DNA from: an uncultured Nitrososphaeraceae archaeon
GTDB taxonomy: Archaea > Thermoproteota > Nitrososphaeria > Nitrososphaerales > Nitrososphaeraceae
DNA length: 64,000 nt
Reading direction: 5' to 3'
NCBI GenBank assembly: GCA_963837175.1
Contig: CAWIMJ010000007.1
Span: 1-64,000 of the forward strand
Shown here: piece by piece, positions 8,921 to 19,404 of the stretch
Layout: each line of letters starts with the position of its first letter
Numbering within the stretch: position 1 is the stretch's first letter
Program-made: the position numbers and the translations under genes
The notes under the pieces: model-generated
Database searches by the model: none
What the model was told of the DNA's origin: nothing
Seen by the model: the letters and a program-made list of their open reading frames with translations, nothing else

Positions 8921-10412
8921 AATATTCCTCTCCAATATGGAATGGATCATTTATATCCGCTAATTTACCTCTTCCAGCGCTCTTTATTAAATTCACTAGC
9001 ATTAAGACATATGACGCACCTATCATCGCTCCCCCTACTGATGCAATCTGGTTAAATGCAATCCACTCAGGAAAAGGTGCATAGTCAAAGTATCTTCTGG
9101 GCATTCCGTACAATCCCAATACGTGTTGAGTTATAAAGATTAATATGATTCCTGTGAAAGCTAACGCAAAGTGAACCTGTGCTGCTCGTTCGTTGTACAT
9201 TCTCCCTGTAATAAGTGGAAATAGATAGTAAAGGAAACCAGTGAAGGTTAACGATACTGTTCCCATTAGTATTAGATGGAAATGACCAACTACCCAATAA
9301 CTATCATGTGTGATGAAATCTAAGGGGAGTGCTGTGTTTACTACACCACCTGCTCCTGACGCAAAGAACAGCATGATGCCGCCTACACCAAACAACATGG
9401 GAGCAGCAAACTTTATCCTGCCACCCCACATTGTTGCAATCCAGTTGAATACATGCATGGACGATGCAGGTACGGCAGCCAAGGTGCCAACCATAAACAC
9501 AGTCTTTTCTGTAAAGCTCATACCTGTTGCAAACATGTGGTGCGCCCATGATGCAAAGCCAACGATGGATAGCAATGTAAATGCTGCCACTCCAGACTGA
9601 TAGCTAAAAAGCGGTTTCCTTGAGAATTTTGGTATTGTTTCATAGAGCATACCTACTGCAGGTATAAAAAATATATAGACTTCAGGATGAAACGTAAACC
9701 AGAATAGATGCTGATAAGCAATAGGATCGCCCCCCATAGCAGGATTGAAGAAGCCAGACACTCCAAGTCTATCAGTATAGAGCATAATCAATGCTCCTGC
9801 AAACGTAGGAATAGAAACAATTATCATAAATGAAGTGGTAAGAATCGCCCAAGCAAATAGCGACATTTTCATTAAAGGAAGATCGGGATGTTTCATTTTC
9901 AGAATAGTGACTATGAAGTTTATTGAGCCTAGGATTGAAGAAACTCCAAGAATTTTTGCACCAAATATCCACATATCCGCTGCAGGACCAGCTGCTCTAG
10001 TTATTGAATATGGTGGATAGGCCGTCCAACCGGTATCTGAAAATCCTAGCCAGATGAGTGCACCTGCTACTGGTATCATCCAAAAAGCTACAGCATTAAG
10101 TTTTGGCCAGGCCATATCTTTGTAACGCACCATTATTGGAATAAGATAATTGCCTACACCAGCTGCAAATGGAATTACCCAAAGAAGAAGCATAGTAGTT
10201 CCATGTACTGTAAAAAATCTATGATATGAAGTAGATTCCGGAAATATTTGTATACCTGGTAAGAATAATTCTGCGCGTATCGCCATAGCCAAGGCCCCAC
10301 CCAGCATGAGAAATGTTATAGATGTAAACATATACAGCAAACCTACATCCGTATGATGAGTCGAGAAAAGTATCTCCCACATTGGACGAGGTCTTTTAAT
10401 TTCTAATACCAA
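8889..10412 (-). CDS. coxA: Heme-copper oxidase subunit I
   Basis: FTVHG, WFTFHPEVY, WAHH, HFH motifs; likely start TTG at 10412 (MVLEIKRPRP). Confidence 0.97.
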   Translation of the reverse strand: MVLEIKRPRPMWEILFSTHHTDVGLLYMFTSITFLMLGGALAMAIRAELFLPGIQIFPESTSYHRFFTVHGTTMLLLWVIPFAAGVGNYLIPIMVRYKDMAWPKLNAVAFWMIPVAGALIWLGFSDTGWTAYPPYSITRAAGPAADMWIFGAKILGVSSILGSINFIVTILKMKHPDLPLMKMSLFAWAILTTSFMIIVSIPTFAGALIMLYTDRLGVSGFFNPAMGGDPIAYQHLFWFTFHPEVYIFFIPAVGMLYETIPKFSRKPLFSYQSGVAAFTLLSIVGFASWAHHMFATGMSFTEKTVFMVGTLAAVPASSMHVFNWIATMWGGRIKFAAPMLFGVGGIMLFFASGAGGVVNTALPLDFITHDSYWVVGHFHLILMGTVSLTFTGFLYYLFPLITGRMYNERAAQVHFALAFTGIILIFITQHVLGLYGMPRRYFDYAPFPEWIAFNQIASVGGAMIGASYVLMLVNLIKSAGRGKLADINDPFHIGEEYYDFARREPHH

Positions 10413-10603
10413 CACATATACACCTACTGATGGCAGTGATTGTATATCAATGTCAATAAAAGTATTTTGATTTTTATCAGAACCAATTCTCAAGATCAGA
10501 AAATAATAGACAAACTTACAATTGATTTTATTGTCTATGATGGCTAGAACATGAAATTAGAGTAGTAGTATATTATAAATGAGATAAAAAAAGAGGGTAA
10601 GTA

Positions 10604-11461
10604 TTATTCTACTTTCAGCTTTCCAGTCATAAATGGATGAACAGAACAATGAAAGTCATATTCTCCTGCTTGTAGATTTGCAGTCATTAATCTAGCAGAT
10701 GCTGCAGCATTTATAATACTTGTATCAAACTGCTTACCTGCATCAGGTGCGTCTGGTGCTTTACCACTTGTAACTGTATGTGGCGATGAATCTTTGTTTA
10801 CTACATCAATTTCATCACCCTTCTTGACTGTCAGAGAAACGGGATCATAAGAAGGATTGCCAGCAGTAGATGCACCTACAGGAATAGTTAGAGTAGCAGC
10901 TGCTGCTGGAGCAGAAGTACTACTACTAGCATTACCTGCTGTGGTGCCGGTGGTAGTGGTAGCAGATGAGGAAGTACCCGTCCCAGTAGTTGTTGATTGG
11001 GATTGATTTGTAGTTCCAGTCGCGACTGCCACATTTGTTTGTGTTGGTTCTTCTACAAACAATTTTCCCTTCATATTATAGTGAAGCAGGCCACAGTATT
11101 CCCTGCACTGAATCAAATATTGGCCAGTCTGATCAAACATATTCCATATTGTATTAACTCTGCCTGGAACTGCATCCATTAAAATTGTAAAATCAGGGAT
11201 ATTAAAACTATGGATAACATCTTGGGAAACGACCTCAAATCTATATGGTAATCCCTTTTTTACATGTAACTCTCCTATTTCTTTTGTTCCATCCGCATGT
11301 TCAAAAGTCCAGAACCACTGCTGTCCAATAACTTTAATAATTTCAGATTCTGGAGGTGCATGTTCTAGTACATGTTCTACATTCCATGATTCTGCTCCCA
11401 CCCACGTAAGAAGACTAATTACAACGCCAACATAGACCCATTCTACTGTAGCATGACCCAT
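10604..11461 (-). CDS. coxB: Heme-copper oxidase subunit II (CuA) fused to a C-terminal type-1 cupredoxin domain
   Basis: GQQWFW, DVIHSF, CREYCGLLHYNM CuA motif; Thr/Ser linker; then HTVTSG...CSVHPFM. Confidence 0.93.
   Translation of the reverse strand: MGHATVEWVYVGVVISLLTWVGAESWNVEHVLEHAPPESEIIKVIGQQWFWTFEHADGTKEIGELHVKKGLPYRFEVVSQDVIHSFNIPDFTILMDAVPGRVNTIWNMFDQTGQYLIQCREYCGLLHYNMKGKLFVEEPTQTNVAVATGTTNQSQSTTTGTGTSSSATTTTGTTAGNASSSTSAPAAAATLTIPVGASTAGNPSYDPVSLTVKKGDEIDVVNKDSSPHTVTSGKAPDAPDAGKQFDTSIINAAASARLMTANLQAGEYDFHCSVHPFMTGKLKVE
10626..10918. repeat. Direct repeat copy 2 (293 bp, cupredoxin domain within coxB)
   Basis: Near-identical to 7934-8226; offset 2692 bp. Confidence 0.95.
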
Positions 11462-11760
11462 TAACGATGTGCACTCTCCATTGATTCTCTTGGCTGATTT
11501 TTCTTATTAGATTCGCGGAACCTCCAAATTATGTAGACAATACTACCTTGGACAACAGCGCCAACAATAAATGCCACGACCATTAATCTATAAAATGTGC
11601 TCCATACTTCCACTCGTCTTACAACATACTTTTCTGCAGATTCTTGAGCTAGAGCAAATTCGGCGAGGCTCAAAAGAGATATAATCAGCAAGGGGGCAAC
11701 GGCCAAAAGTAGCCATGACCTTGAATAATACGATGACATATAGATCACTATTCTGAGCAC
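11461..11760 (-). CDS. Small membrane subunit of the oxidase operon (resembles the separated N-terminal TM part of subunit II)
   Basis: Two TM segments ending IIWRFRE; stop/start overlap with coxB. Confidence 0.7.
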   Translation of the reverse strand: MLRIVIYMSSYYSRSWLLLAVAPLLIISLLSLAEFALAQESAEKYVVRRVEVWSTFYRLMVVAFIVGAVVQGSIVYIIWRFRESNKKNQPRESMESAHR

Positions 11761-11794
11761 AATTGAGCTCTACATCTAATTTAAGGTTTTTGGA

Positions 11795-12418
11795 TTACTC
11801 GTTAATGTAACGGTGTATACCCATTACATTCACTGCAGATAAAGAATAAATCTTACTCTCATGCTTTAATATTGTCAGCGCTGCATTACGCATATGCCAT
11901 TGATAAAGCACTTCAGGTTTTAAATCGAGCAAGATAGAGATAACAGCTTTTATTGGATCTAGATGAGTAATCATTAGGATATTTTTGTCTTTATGTTTTT
12001 CTGTGATCTCATCAAGGAGATTCTTTATTCTTTGTTTTACAGATGTAAAAGTTTCGACTCCATTGCTAATTAGTGTCTTATCATTCTCAGTGTAGAATTT
12101 TAAAAATAGATTTCCATATTTCTGAATTATATCTTCATACTTCATCCCAACAAGTTTACCAAGATCAATTTCGTACAGTCGCTCATCTATTTTGTAATTC
12201 ATTCCCAATGTTTTACAAACGATCTTTGCAGTTTCGATAGTACGTATGACAGGACTGACTAAGACTTCTTCTATTGGCATATTTTTTAGATATTTCGCAG
12301 TATCAGAAACCTGTTGTTTTCCGTATTTTGTAAGATGTGACTCGATATGTCTGCCTACTAAGATTCTATTTACATTATTATCAGCCTGCCCATGACGCAT
12401 AAGTACTACGAGTGGCAA
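11795..12418 (-). CDS. Histidine phosphatase (phosphoglycerate mutase-like) family protein
   Basis: MRHGQ, SPVIRTIETA, LYEID, ITH motifs. Confidence 0.9.
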   Translation of the reverse strand: MPLVVLMRHGQADNNVNRILVGRHIESHLTKYGKQQVSDTAKYLKNMPIEEVLVSPVIRTIETAKIVCKTLGMNYKIDERLYEIDLGKLVGMKYEDIIQKYGNLFLKFYTENDKTLISNGVETFTSVKQRIKNLLDEITEKHKDKNILMITHLDPIKAVISILLDLKPEVLYQWHMRNAALTILKHESKIYSLSAVNVMGIHRYINE

Positions 12419-12576
12419 ATAAAATCATTGAAATTCAGCAAGATTACAATATTAATTTTCGCCAACTGACTATTAAATCCACCAATACTTCTTTTTTATC
12501 TTTTGGATCCTAAAAAATTGAAAAATAACACTCGGATGATTGGATAAGCTTAATATCTAATTATTCATGAAATGAA

Positions 12577-13263
12577 TTGAACTGTATTATGAGAGTAGGA
12601 ATAATTGGCGGTACTGGCGGCATGGGAAAAGGTTTTGCTCTAAGATGGTGTTTTGGACATGACGTTAGTGTAGGCTCTCGGGATGCACAAAGGGCAAAAG
12701 AGGTCGCTCAAAGTTACACAGAAGCTGCCAGGGAAGCATATGGAAACAGTATGACTGGCAGCATTTCAGGAGATGATAATTTTTCTTTAGCTAAGAATTC
12801 TGATATCTTAATTTTATCTATTCCATATGAGTCTATCGAGGATACATGCGATAGATTGGTAAAAGAAGTTAGGAATGATTGTATCATTGTTTCACCAATA
12901 GTTCCGATGGCCAGAACAGATGCTGGGTTCATATATCTCCCTCTTGAAGAAGGAAAAAAATTCGCCGCAGAGATCATAGCATACAAGTTACCACCTAGAT
13001 CTAGAGTTGTTTCAGCATTCCATACAATCTCGGAGATTAAACTGATAAATGTAAAAAGGAGCCTCGATGCAGATACCTTCGTATGCGGAGATGATCAGAG
13101 TACAGTAGCGATATTAAATACTTTAATTTCTGAGATTAATGGGCTTCGTTCTATATATTTAGGTCCATTGTCAATTTCATATCAAGCAGAAATTCTAACT
13201 CCTATGCTACTAAATGCGGCTAAAAGAAATAAGATGAAACATCCGGGTATTAGATTAGTGTAA
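12577..13263 (+). CDS. npdG: F420-dependent NADP+ oxidoreductase
   Basis: IIGGTGGMGKG, VGSR, VVSAFH, CGDD, LGPL. Confidence 0.88.
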   Translation: MNCIMRVGIIGGTGGMGKGFALRWCFGHDVSVGSRDAQRAKEVAQSYTEAAREAYGNSMTGSISGDDNFSLAKNSDILILSIPYESIEDTCDRLVKEVRNDCIIVSPIVPMARTDAGFIYLPLEEGKKFAAEIIAYKLPPRSRVVSAFHTISEIKLINVKRSLDADTFVCGDDQSTVAILNTLISEINGLRSIYLGPLSISYQAEILTPMLLNAAKRNKMKHPGIRLV

Positions 13264-13268
13264 TAATA

Positions 13269-13574
13269 ATGAGATACAGAGAAGGAAATGGAGAGAGAAG
13301 CCGTCGTGGTAGAAACTGGATGTCTGCAATGGGTGTCCTCTTCATAGTCATGGCCGTTATCATTGCTCTAAGAAATCTCTATTTTGTCACTACAGAATTC
13401 TCTTTTGAATTTTATCTTGATAACTATACCAATACCCAACTTACAAATGAAAAATTTGTCATTGCTATGTTGATTGCTGGCGGAATTTTGCTATACTGGG
13501 GTTACTTTAAAAAGAAAGAAGATTATGGACCTCCGGATGAACATGAACGACATAGATTTAACTATGGAACATAG
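13269..13574 (+). CDS. Small two-TM membrane protein
   Basis: Two hydrophobic segments; co-oriented between npdG and pspA. Confidence 0.65.
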   Translation: MRYREGNGERSRRGRNWMSAMGVLFIVMAVIIALRNLYFVTTEFSFEFYLDNYTNTQLTNEKFVIAMLIAGGILLYWGYFKKKEDYGPPDEHERHRFNYGT

Positions 13575-13640
13575 TTATCCAAAGATTGGATAACTGATCT
13601 ATAGTATATTTAATAATTATTTAAGACCATAATGATATGA

Positions 13641-14384
13641 TTGAGATTGGGTCTAACAAATCGTCTTTCAACAGTAATTAAGCAAAAAGTGAATCAACTC
13701 CTTGACAGGTATGAAGATCCACGCCAAGCACTTGATTATTCCCATGTGAAACAAACTGAAATGTTGAATAAATTACGTAGAGATATTGCAGAAGTTATAA
13801 CATCTAAAAAGCGACTAGAAATGCAGAAGGCAAAACTATGGGATAATATTCGTACACTTGATGAGCAAGCTCATCGTTCAATTGAAGTAGAGAGGGAGGA
13901 TTTGGCAAAACTGGCACTAGAGCGCAAGAATTCGAATTTGCTTCAAGTACAAGGCCTGGAAAAACAAATAGCAGAAATGCAAAATGAACAGGAAAAACTT
14001 GAACAGACGGAAAAACGTCTGTCTGCGAAAGTTGAAGAATTCAAGTCAAAAAAAGAGGTCATCAAGGCACAATATTCCGCTGCAGAAGCTCAAGTCCGCA
14101 TAAAAGAAAGTGTTTCAGGAATTTCTGAGGAAATGACAGATGTAGGCATAGCAATGAATAGGGCAGAAGATAAGACTGAAAAAATGAAAGCAAAGTCTCA
14201 AGCTTTAGACGAAATGATAGATTCCGGGGTACTTACAGATTATACATCAAATAAAGATGATATAAATAAGGAACTAGAAAAAATTACAGTAAAAGATTCA
14301 GTAGAAGAAGAATTAGCAAAGTTAAAGGCCCAGAAGGCACGTAAAAAGAAGCAGGTAACCGAGGAGCAAGAAATACAACAATGA
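13641..14384 (+). CDS. pspA: PspA/IM30 (ESCRT-III superfamily) protein
   Basis: EDPRQALD, REDLAKLALERK, long coiled coil, VEEELAKLKA. Confidence 0.92.
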   Translation: MRLGLTNRLSTVIKQKVNQLLDRYEDPRQALDYSHVKQTEMLNKLRRDIAEVITSKKRLEMQKAKLWDNIRTLDEQAHRSIEVEREDLAKLALERKNSNLLQVQGLEKQIAEMQNEQEKLEQTEKRLSAKVEEFKSKKEVIKAQYSAAEAQVRIKESVSGISEEMTDVGIAMNRAEDKTEKMKAKSQALDEMIDSGVLTDYTSNKDDINKELEKITVKDSVEEELAKLKAQKARKKKQVTEEQEIQQ

Positions 14385-14938
14385 ATGGCAAAAAACGCAT
14401 CAAAAGCGTCAAATCCTCAAAGTATCGAAGAGGCCAAAAGCCATTGAAACGAAAAATCCTTAAAGCCTCTACTTTAAAGGAAAAAAGTTCTAAATCACAG
14501 AAAAAGGTAAAGGTAGAGGGAGGCAGATCTTCAAGAAAAGCAATAAATCCAAGCCTAAAAACACATCCCTCGAAGAAGAAGGAAGTATCAATACAGGCAA
14601 CTGTAAAGGCAAAAAGAGCAACTGTAGGAGTTAGACCAATGGAAAGAAACAAAATTGTCAGGATTATGGGTCATGGCCAGTTCAGAGTAGATAATAAGAT
14701 ACTTAAAAAACTTAACGAAATTGATAATTCAATAGTCCAGTTAGTAAGCAATGATAGATCTGATGACATTGAGTTTAGAAAGCGCCTAACAGAATTTACA
14801 GATATAGTAGAAACAAATGGAGAACGACTCGATCCGACAGAAATAGTCCAGTCTGATATCATATTGCCAAGTCCTGATCTTTCGATTGAAGAAGCAAAGA
14901 GGCTTTTCAAAGGCGATGGGGTAGTTCCAGAATTTTAA
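14381..14938 (+). CDS. PspA-associated protein PspAA with a Lys-rich N-terminal extension
   Basis: IVRIMGHGQF...LNEIDN...SDIILPSPDLSIEEAKRLF..DG domain; ATGA overlap with the pspA stop. Confidence 0.8.
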   Translation: MNGKKRIKSVKSSKYRRGQKPLKRKILKASTLKEKSSKSQKKVKVEGGRSSRKAINPSLKTHPSKKKEVSIQATVKAKRATVGVRPMERNKIVRIMGHGQFRVDNKILKKLNEIDNSIVQLVSNDRSDDIEFRKRLTEFTDIVETNGERLDPTEIVQSDIILPSPDLSIEEAKRLFKGDGVVPEF

Positions 14939-15510
14939 AGTGGCAAATCCCAAAGAGGATACCAGAGAGTAATATCTCTCTCTAGGGGGACCTCATCACC
15001 AATTGTAGCCATTATTTTCATTTCCTCCTCAGTATTCCTTGATTTTGTACCATTATCTAAGGGTACAAAAGGATAAAATGTATTACGCTTATAGTTGTAA
15101 ATCAAATATTCCTTTCTATTTCTATCATCAATAAATTCAAAGATTGCTGCAAGTAACTGATTTGAAAAACCTTTTTCATCAACAGTATCTCCTACTGCAC
15201 TAATTCCTGCTAGAAGATCTTCCATTCTTTTACCTTCAAGTATAACCCAGAGATAGCCATAAGAATCAATAACGGTGCGATATGTTAGTTCAAAATCAGT
15301 CTTGCTTATATCAAGAAACCGCTTAATATCGTCTTTCATTTCATTAAAATACATTCCGCTGATACTTTTAAGACTCAATGCACATCTTCCAGAATTTTTT
15401 AAACCCATCTTGCTCTCTATCGTGAGATATGCAGAAGATAGCGAAAAAATGACATCAGAATCCGTTTTTGAATTATACTTCTTTTTTACAAATTTTCCAA
15501 AGAATCTCAA
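14935..15510 (-). CDS. PspA-associated protein PspAB
   Basis: DSYGYLW, YLIYNYKRNTFYPFVP, WYPLWDLP; follows htpX. Confidence 0.8.
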   Translation of the reverse strand: MRFFGKFVKKKYNSKTDSDVIFSLSSAYLTIESKMGLKNSGRCALSLKSISGMYFNEMKDDIKRFLDISKTDFELTYRTVIDSYGYLWVILEGKRMEDLLAGISAVGDTVDEKGFSNQLLAAIFEFIDDRNRKEYLIYNYKRNTFYPFVPLDNGTKSRNTEEEMKIMATIGDEVPLERDITLWYPLWDLPL

Positions 15511-16425
15511 CTCATGGATGCCTCCATCTCCATGAGTTTTTGTATTCTCTTTTCAACAGGGGGATGAGTAGAGAAAAGATTTCCGATCGTGCTTCCAGAA
15601 ATAGCTGGTATAATAAAAAATGCATTTAATCCTTCTACTTGTCTCAAGTCTTTTGTAGGAACTCGGCGCATATTACCACTAATTTTCATTAAAGCATTAG
15701 CCAATTTGACAGGTTTTCCAGTAATCTGGGCAGACTCCTCTATCTGCTGAAAATTCCCTGTATCGAGCGATTGCTCTAATAATAAGAAAGCTAATGATCC
15801 ATACTAGAACAGCTACCACTATCACGATTATCATAATGCCGCCATTATTTCGGTCTCTTCCATATCCCATTCCACCATATAATCCACCATAGAATCCAAA
15901 CTGCATAAGATACCATGCAACGGTAGCGAAAATACTTGCAAGCGTTATTACAAGTACATCTCTATTTCTAATGTGTGTTAGCTCATGTGCTATCACGCCT
16001 TCTAACTCTTCTGGATCGTCTAGAATATCCAATAGACCTGTTGTAACTGCCACTACAGAGCTCTTCCTATCTTTCCCTGTCGCAAAGGCATTAGGCATGC
16101 TTGTATTTACTACAGCTATCTTTGGTTTTGGAAGATTATTCCTTGCCACTATTCTTTCTACCATATCATGCAGTTTTGGAAATTGATCTCTGGTAACTAT
16201 CTTTGCTCCCGAACTCCATAGCACTATCTTGTCTGAGAAATACCACTGTGCCAGAACCATCAAAGAAGCAATTATCGCTATAGGAATAATTCCAAGACCA
16301 ACATATGCCAGTACACTTAGAAATACTACATAGAGTAAGGCAAGAATTGCAAAACTGAGGATCATCCTAATGGTTAACCCGGTATCTCTCCTCTGCCATG
16401 CCGGGGTTCTTGAAACAGAACTCAA
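15507..16425 (-). CDS. htpX: Zinc metalloprotease HtpX (M48), frameshift near 15735
   Basis: PNAFATG, HELTH, REFSADR, and STHPP in the second fragment. Confidence 0.93.
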
Positions 16426-16458
16426 CTAGATTATTATTTGTACAGCAACTACTTTTAA

Positions 16459-17670
16459 TTATTTGCTTGATTGGTATAAAAAAGATTCAAGATTATCAAT
16501 TGCTTGCTCAAGTGTCTCTTCTTTTGGAAGATAAACTATTCTAAAATGGTTCGCCCCGAATGCCGTTCCGAATCCTGAACCGTGCACTGTTAGCACTCCA
16601 GTATTGTTAAGTAGATCTATAACAAAATGCTGGTCATCTTTCCATCTACGATTAAGATCAATTTTCGGGAAAACATAAAATGCCCCTCGAGGCATCCTAC
16701 ATGAAATACCTTTTATTGCATTCAGACGCTTCACTGTATAATCTCTTCTTCTGCGCAACTTTTGTACCATGTCTGCAATATGTCCTTGAGGTCCTCGTAA
16801 TGCCTCTACGGCTGCAATTTGTACGGGCAAATTAGTAGATATTCGTACTCTTGCAAGTTTTGGAATATTCTTTCGCAAGACATCCAATTTTTTAGAATCA
16901 CTATTCATGCATATATAACCGCAACGCCATCCGCTCATTAAATATGCTTTTGAGAAACCATTAAGAAGTATGACTGGTGCATCCTTTGCCACTTTTCCAA
17001 TTCCAGTATACTGATCATCAAAAACTATTTTGTCATAGATTTCATCACAGATTACATACAGATCATGTTCTGCTGCTACATCAATTATCTGTTGAAGGCT
17101 TTTCCGGTCAAATACCTCTCCAGTAGGATTATTTGGACTAATTATACATATTGCACGTGATCTGGAGTTGATTTTTGATAGAATATTCTCAAGATCCGGT
17201 TTACCATCGTCATGAAGTTTGAATTCAACAGGTTTTCCTCCATAGAATTTCACATACGATGCATAAGGCGGATAATATGGCCCTGGCATGAGAACCTCGG
17301 TATTAGGATCAACAACAGATGCCAAAGTCATCTCAAGACCTTCAGAAACACCATTGGTAACCAAAACATCTTCTTCTATTATCGATAATCCTTTTTGTGA
17401 TTCTTTTTCTACAATGGCTTTACATAATTCTGGCAATCCTTCTGATTTTGTATAATAATTCTCATCATTTTTTACAGCTTCGATTAATGCAAGTTTAATA
17501 TGTTCAGGAGTCTTGAAATCATATTTTAGCGGGTCTCCGATATTCAGATAGATTATTTCTTTTCCAGATTTTTCATACTCACTTGCATATGAAATGATAT
17601 CACGAATGGCATATTCTACTCCCTGCGTCCTATCAGAGACTTTCAATTGATACTTTAAAAGAAAATACAC
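16459..17670 (-). CDS. PLP-dependent aminotransferase class I/II (alanine aminotransferase-like)
   Basis: LNIGDP, PNNPTG, DEIYD, GFSKAYLMSGWRCG. Confidence 0.92.
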   Translation of the reverse strand: MYFLLKYQLKVSDRTQGVEYAIRDIISYASEYEKSGKEIIYLNIGDPLKYDFKTPEHIKLALIEAVKNDENYYTKSEGLPELCKAIVEKESQKGLSIIEEDVLVTNGVSEGLEMTLASVVDPNTEVLMPGPYYPPYASYVKFYGGKPVEFKLHDDGKPDLENILSKINSRSRAICIISPNNPTGEVFDRKSLQQIIDVAAEHDLYVICDEIYDKIVFDDQYTGIGKVAKDAPVILLNGFSKAYLMSGWRCGYICMNSDSKKLDVLRKNIPKLARVRISTNLPVQIAAVEALRGPQGHIADMVQKLRRRRDYTVKRLNAIKGISCRMPRGAFYVFPKIDLNRRWKDDQHFVIDLLNNTGVLTVHGSGFGTAFGANHFRIVYLPKEETLEQAIDNLESFLYQSSK

Positions 17671-18222
17671 TAAGATAAATTGTTATTTATCTAAGGATAA
17701 CGTACAAAAAAATTTAACAATATGAATATACAGGCATATTTATGATAAGACGATAGATTGTCAAATATATTGACTACAAACAATGTAAAAGAGTTATCAG
17801 ATATTCAGTTATGAATTAAAGATATAATTTTTAGTACCTTTATAGTTACTCTAATCTCCAAACAAGACAGATTTCAAGGAAATATTAAAAATCTGTCTAA
17901 ATAAGAAGCAATAATGAATAGATAGCATTTGTGCACATTATCTAAGAATATGTATTCAATTAATTATGTAATTGTAGTAATACAAAAAGGAGCGTCAAAA
18001 AGACTATTTAAAGAGCATCTGATATAGCTACAAAAACTGCCATAACTCAGAGAATAAAGCGACGCTAGAATAAACGGTTACTCAATCAGGTATTAAATAT
18101 TAATAAAACAAAATGACAATTTAGAAACTAAAAACCTGGCAAAGCAGAAGGAAGAATAATCCAGATACTAGATTAATCAACTTTGCCAAAGGAGCAAATA
18201 TGGCTATACTTTCACGATTTTC

Positions 18223-19092
18223 TTAATCATTAATGAAATCTGCTACAACATTATTAAAAAATTCTGGTTTGTCAACATGCGGTCTATGACCACAATTTTC
18301 AAGTAACATCAATCTGCAATTTTTCATCTTTATAAAAGGTTTAATAAATTTTACAGGAATCATTCGATCTTCTTTTCCCCAAATCAATAGTGTATCTGCC
18401 TTTATTTTATGTAAACGCCTATTCAGTCTTGGTGAATGAGCACTACCTCTAAGGGCGGACAGGAATGCCTCTTTTGCTCCTGGCATAGACAACTTCTGAT
18501 AAACTATCTTTGCGTAATTTTCATCAACAGAATTGTTATCTACAGAAGATAATGCTCTTTTTACTTCTTGGACTGTCCTTGCTTTTAAAATATTAGTATA
18601 CTTTAGCAAAGCAGATGTTCCTCTAAATGAAACAGGCAATACTCCTGCAGGACTTACCAAAACAAGTTTACAAACAATTTTATAATAATGTATTGCAACT
18701 TCTGCTGCAATATGGCCTCCAAGTGAAGAGCCTACAATAGATACAGGAGTTGATATCTTCATATAATTAATGAACTTTGCAACAAATTTTGTATAAAAAT
18801 TTATTGTATAATCGATTTGTGGTTTATCGCTAGAACCAAATCCAGGAAGGTCAACTGCAATTACTCTGAGTTGTTTTGTGGAAAGTGTGTCAATATTATT
18901 GATCCAACTCTCTATTGAGCCACCTAAACCATGAATAAGCAACACAGATTTGCCTTTCGATAGGGTATCTACATAACGAATAAGAAGGTTATCAACCTTC
19001 AAATGGTGAAATCCATATTTTATCAATTGAATTTCGTATTTTATATAATATAAAATACCTTTCGTATTTATCTCATAGATATATGAAGCCAA
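18223..19092 (-). CDS. Alpha/beta hydrolase (start uncertain)
   Basis: IHGLGG, DLPGFGSS, GSSLGG nucleophile, WGKED, GHRPH. Confidence 0.9.
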   Translation of the reverse strand: MASYIYEINTKGILYYIKYEIQLIKYGFHHLKVDNLLIRYVDTLSKGKSVLLIHGLGGSIESWINNIDTLSTKQLRVIAVDLPGFGSSDKPQIDYTINFYTKFVAKFINYMKISTPVSIVGSSLGGHIAAEVAIHYYKIVCKLVLVSPAGVLPVSFRGTSALLKYTNILKARTVQEVKRALSSVDNNSVDENYAKIVYQKLSMPGAKEAFLSALRGSAHSPRLNRRLHKIKADTLLIWGKEDRMIPVKFIKPFIKMKNCRLMLLENCGHRPHVDKPEFFNNVVADFIND

Positions 19093-19404
19093 TATTCCAT
19101 TATCAAAATCCTACCATAGAAGGCCAACAGATCCTTCTTCCAAGTTAAATTTGAAAATTCTTTTGAAAATCTCCTTTGTATTTACATTCTTTAGCATGCC
19201 AGTGTTATTATAACATTTAATTCAGTTATTACATGAATTGGTATAATAATAACTAAATGATATTTGAAAAGAATTGATATTTTGGGAATAGTATAGTCTA
19301 CCATTATCAGTGACCCATTACTATATAATATATTCATTAGATATTATTTTGGCACATTTTAAGAACAAGAATTTTATAACTGGTCCAAACTGCAAGTAGG
19401 TATT

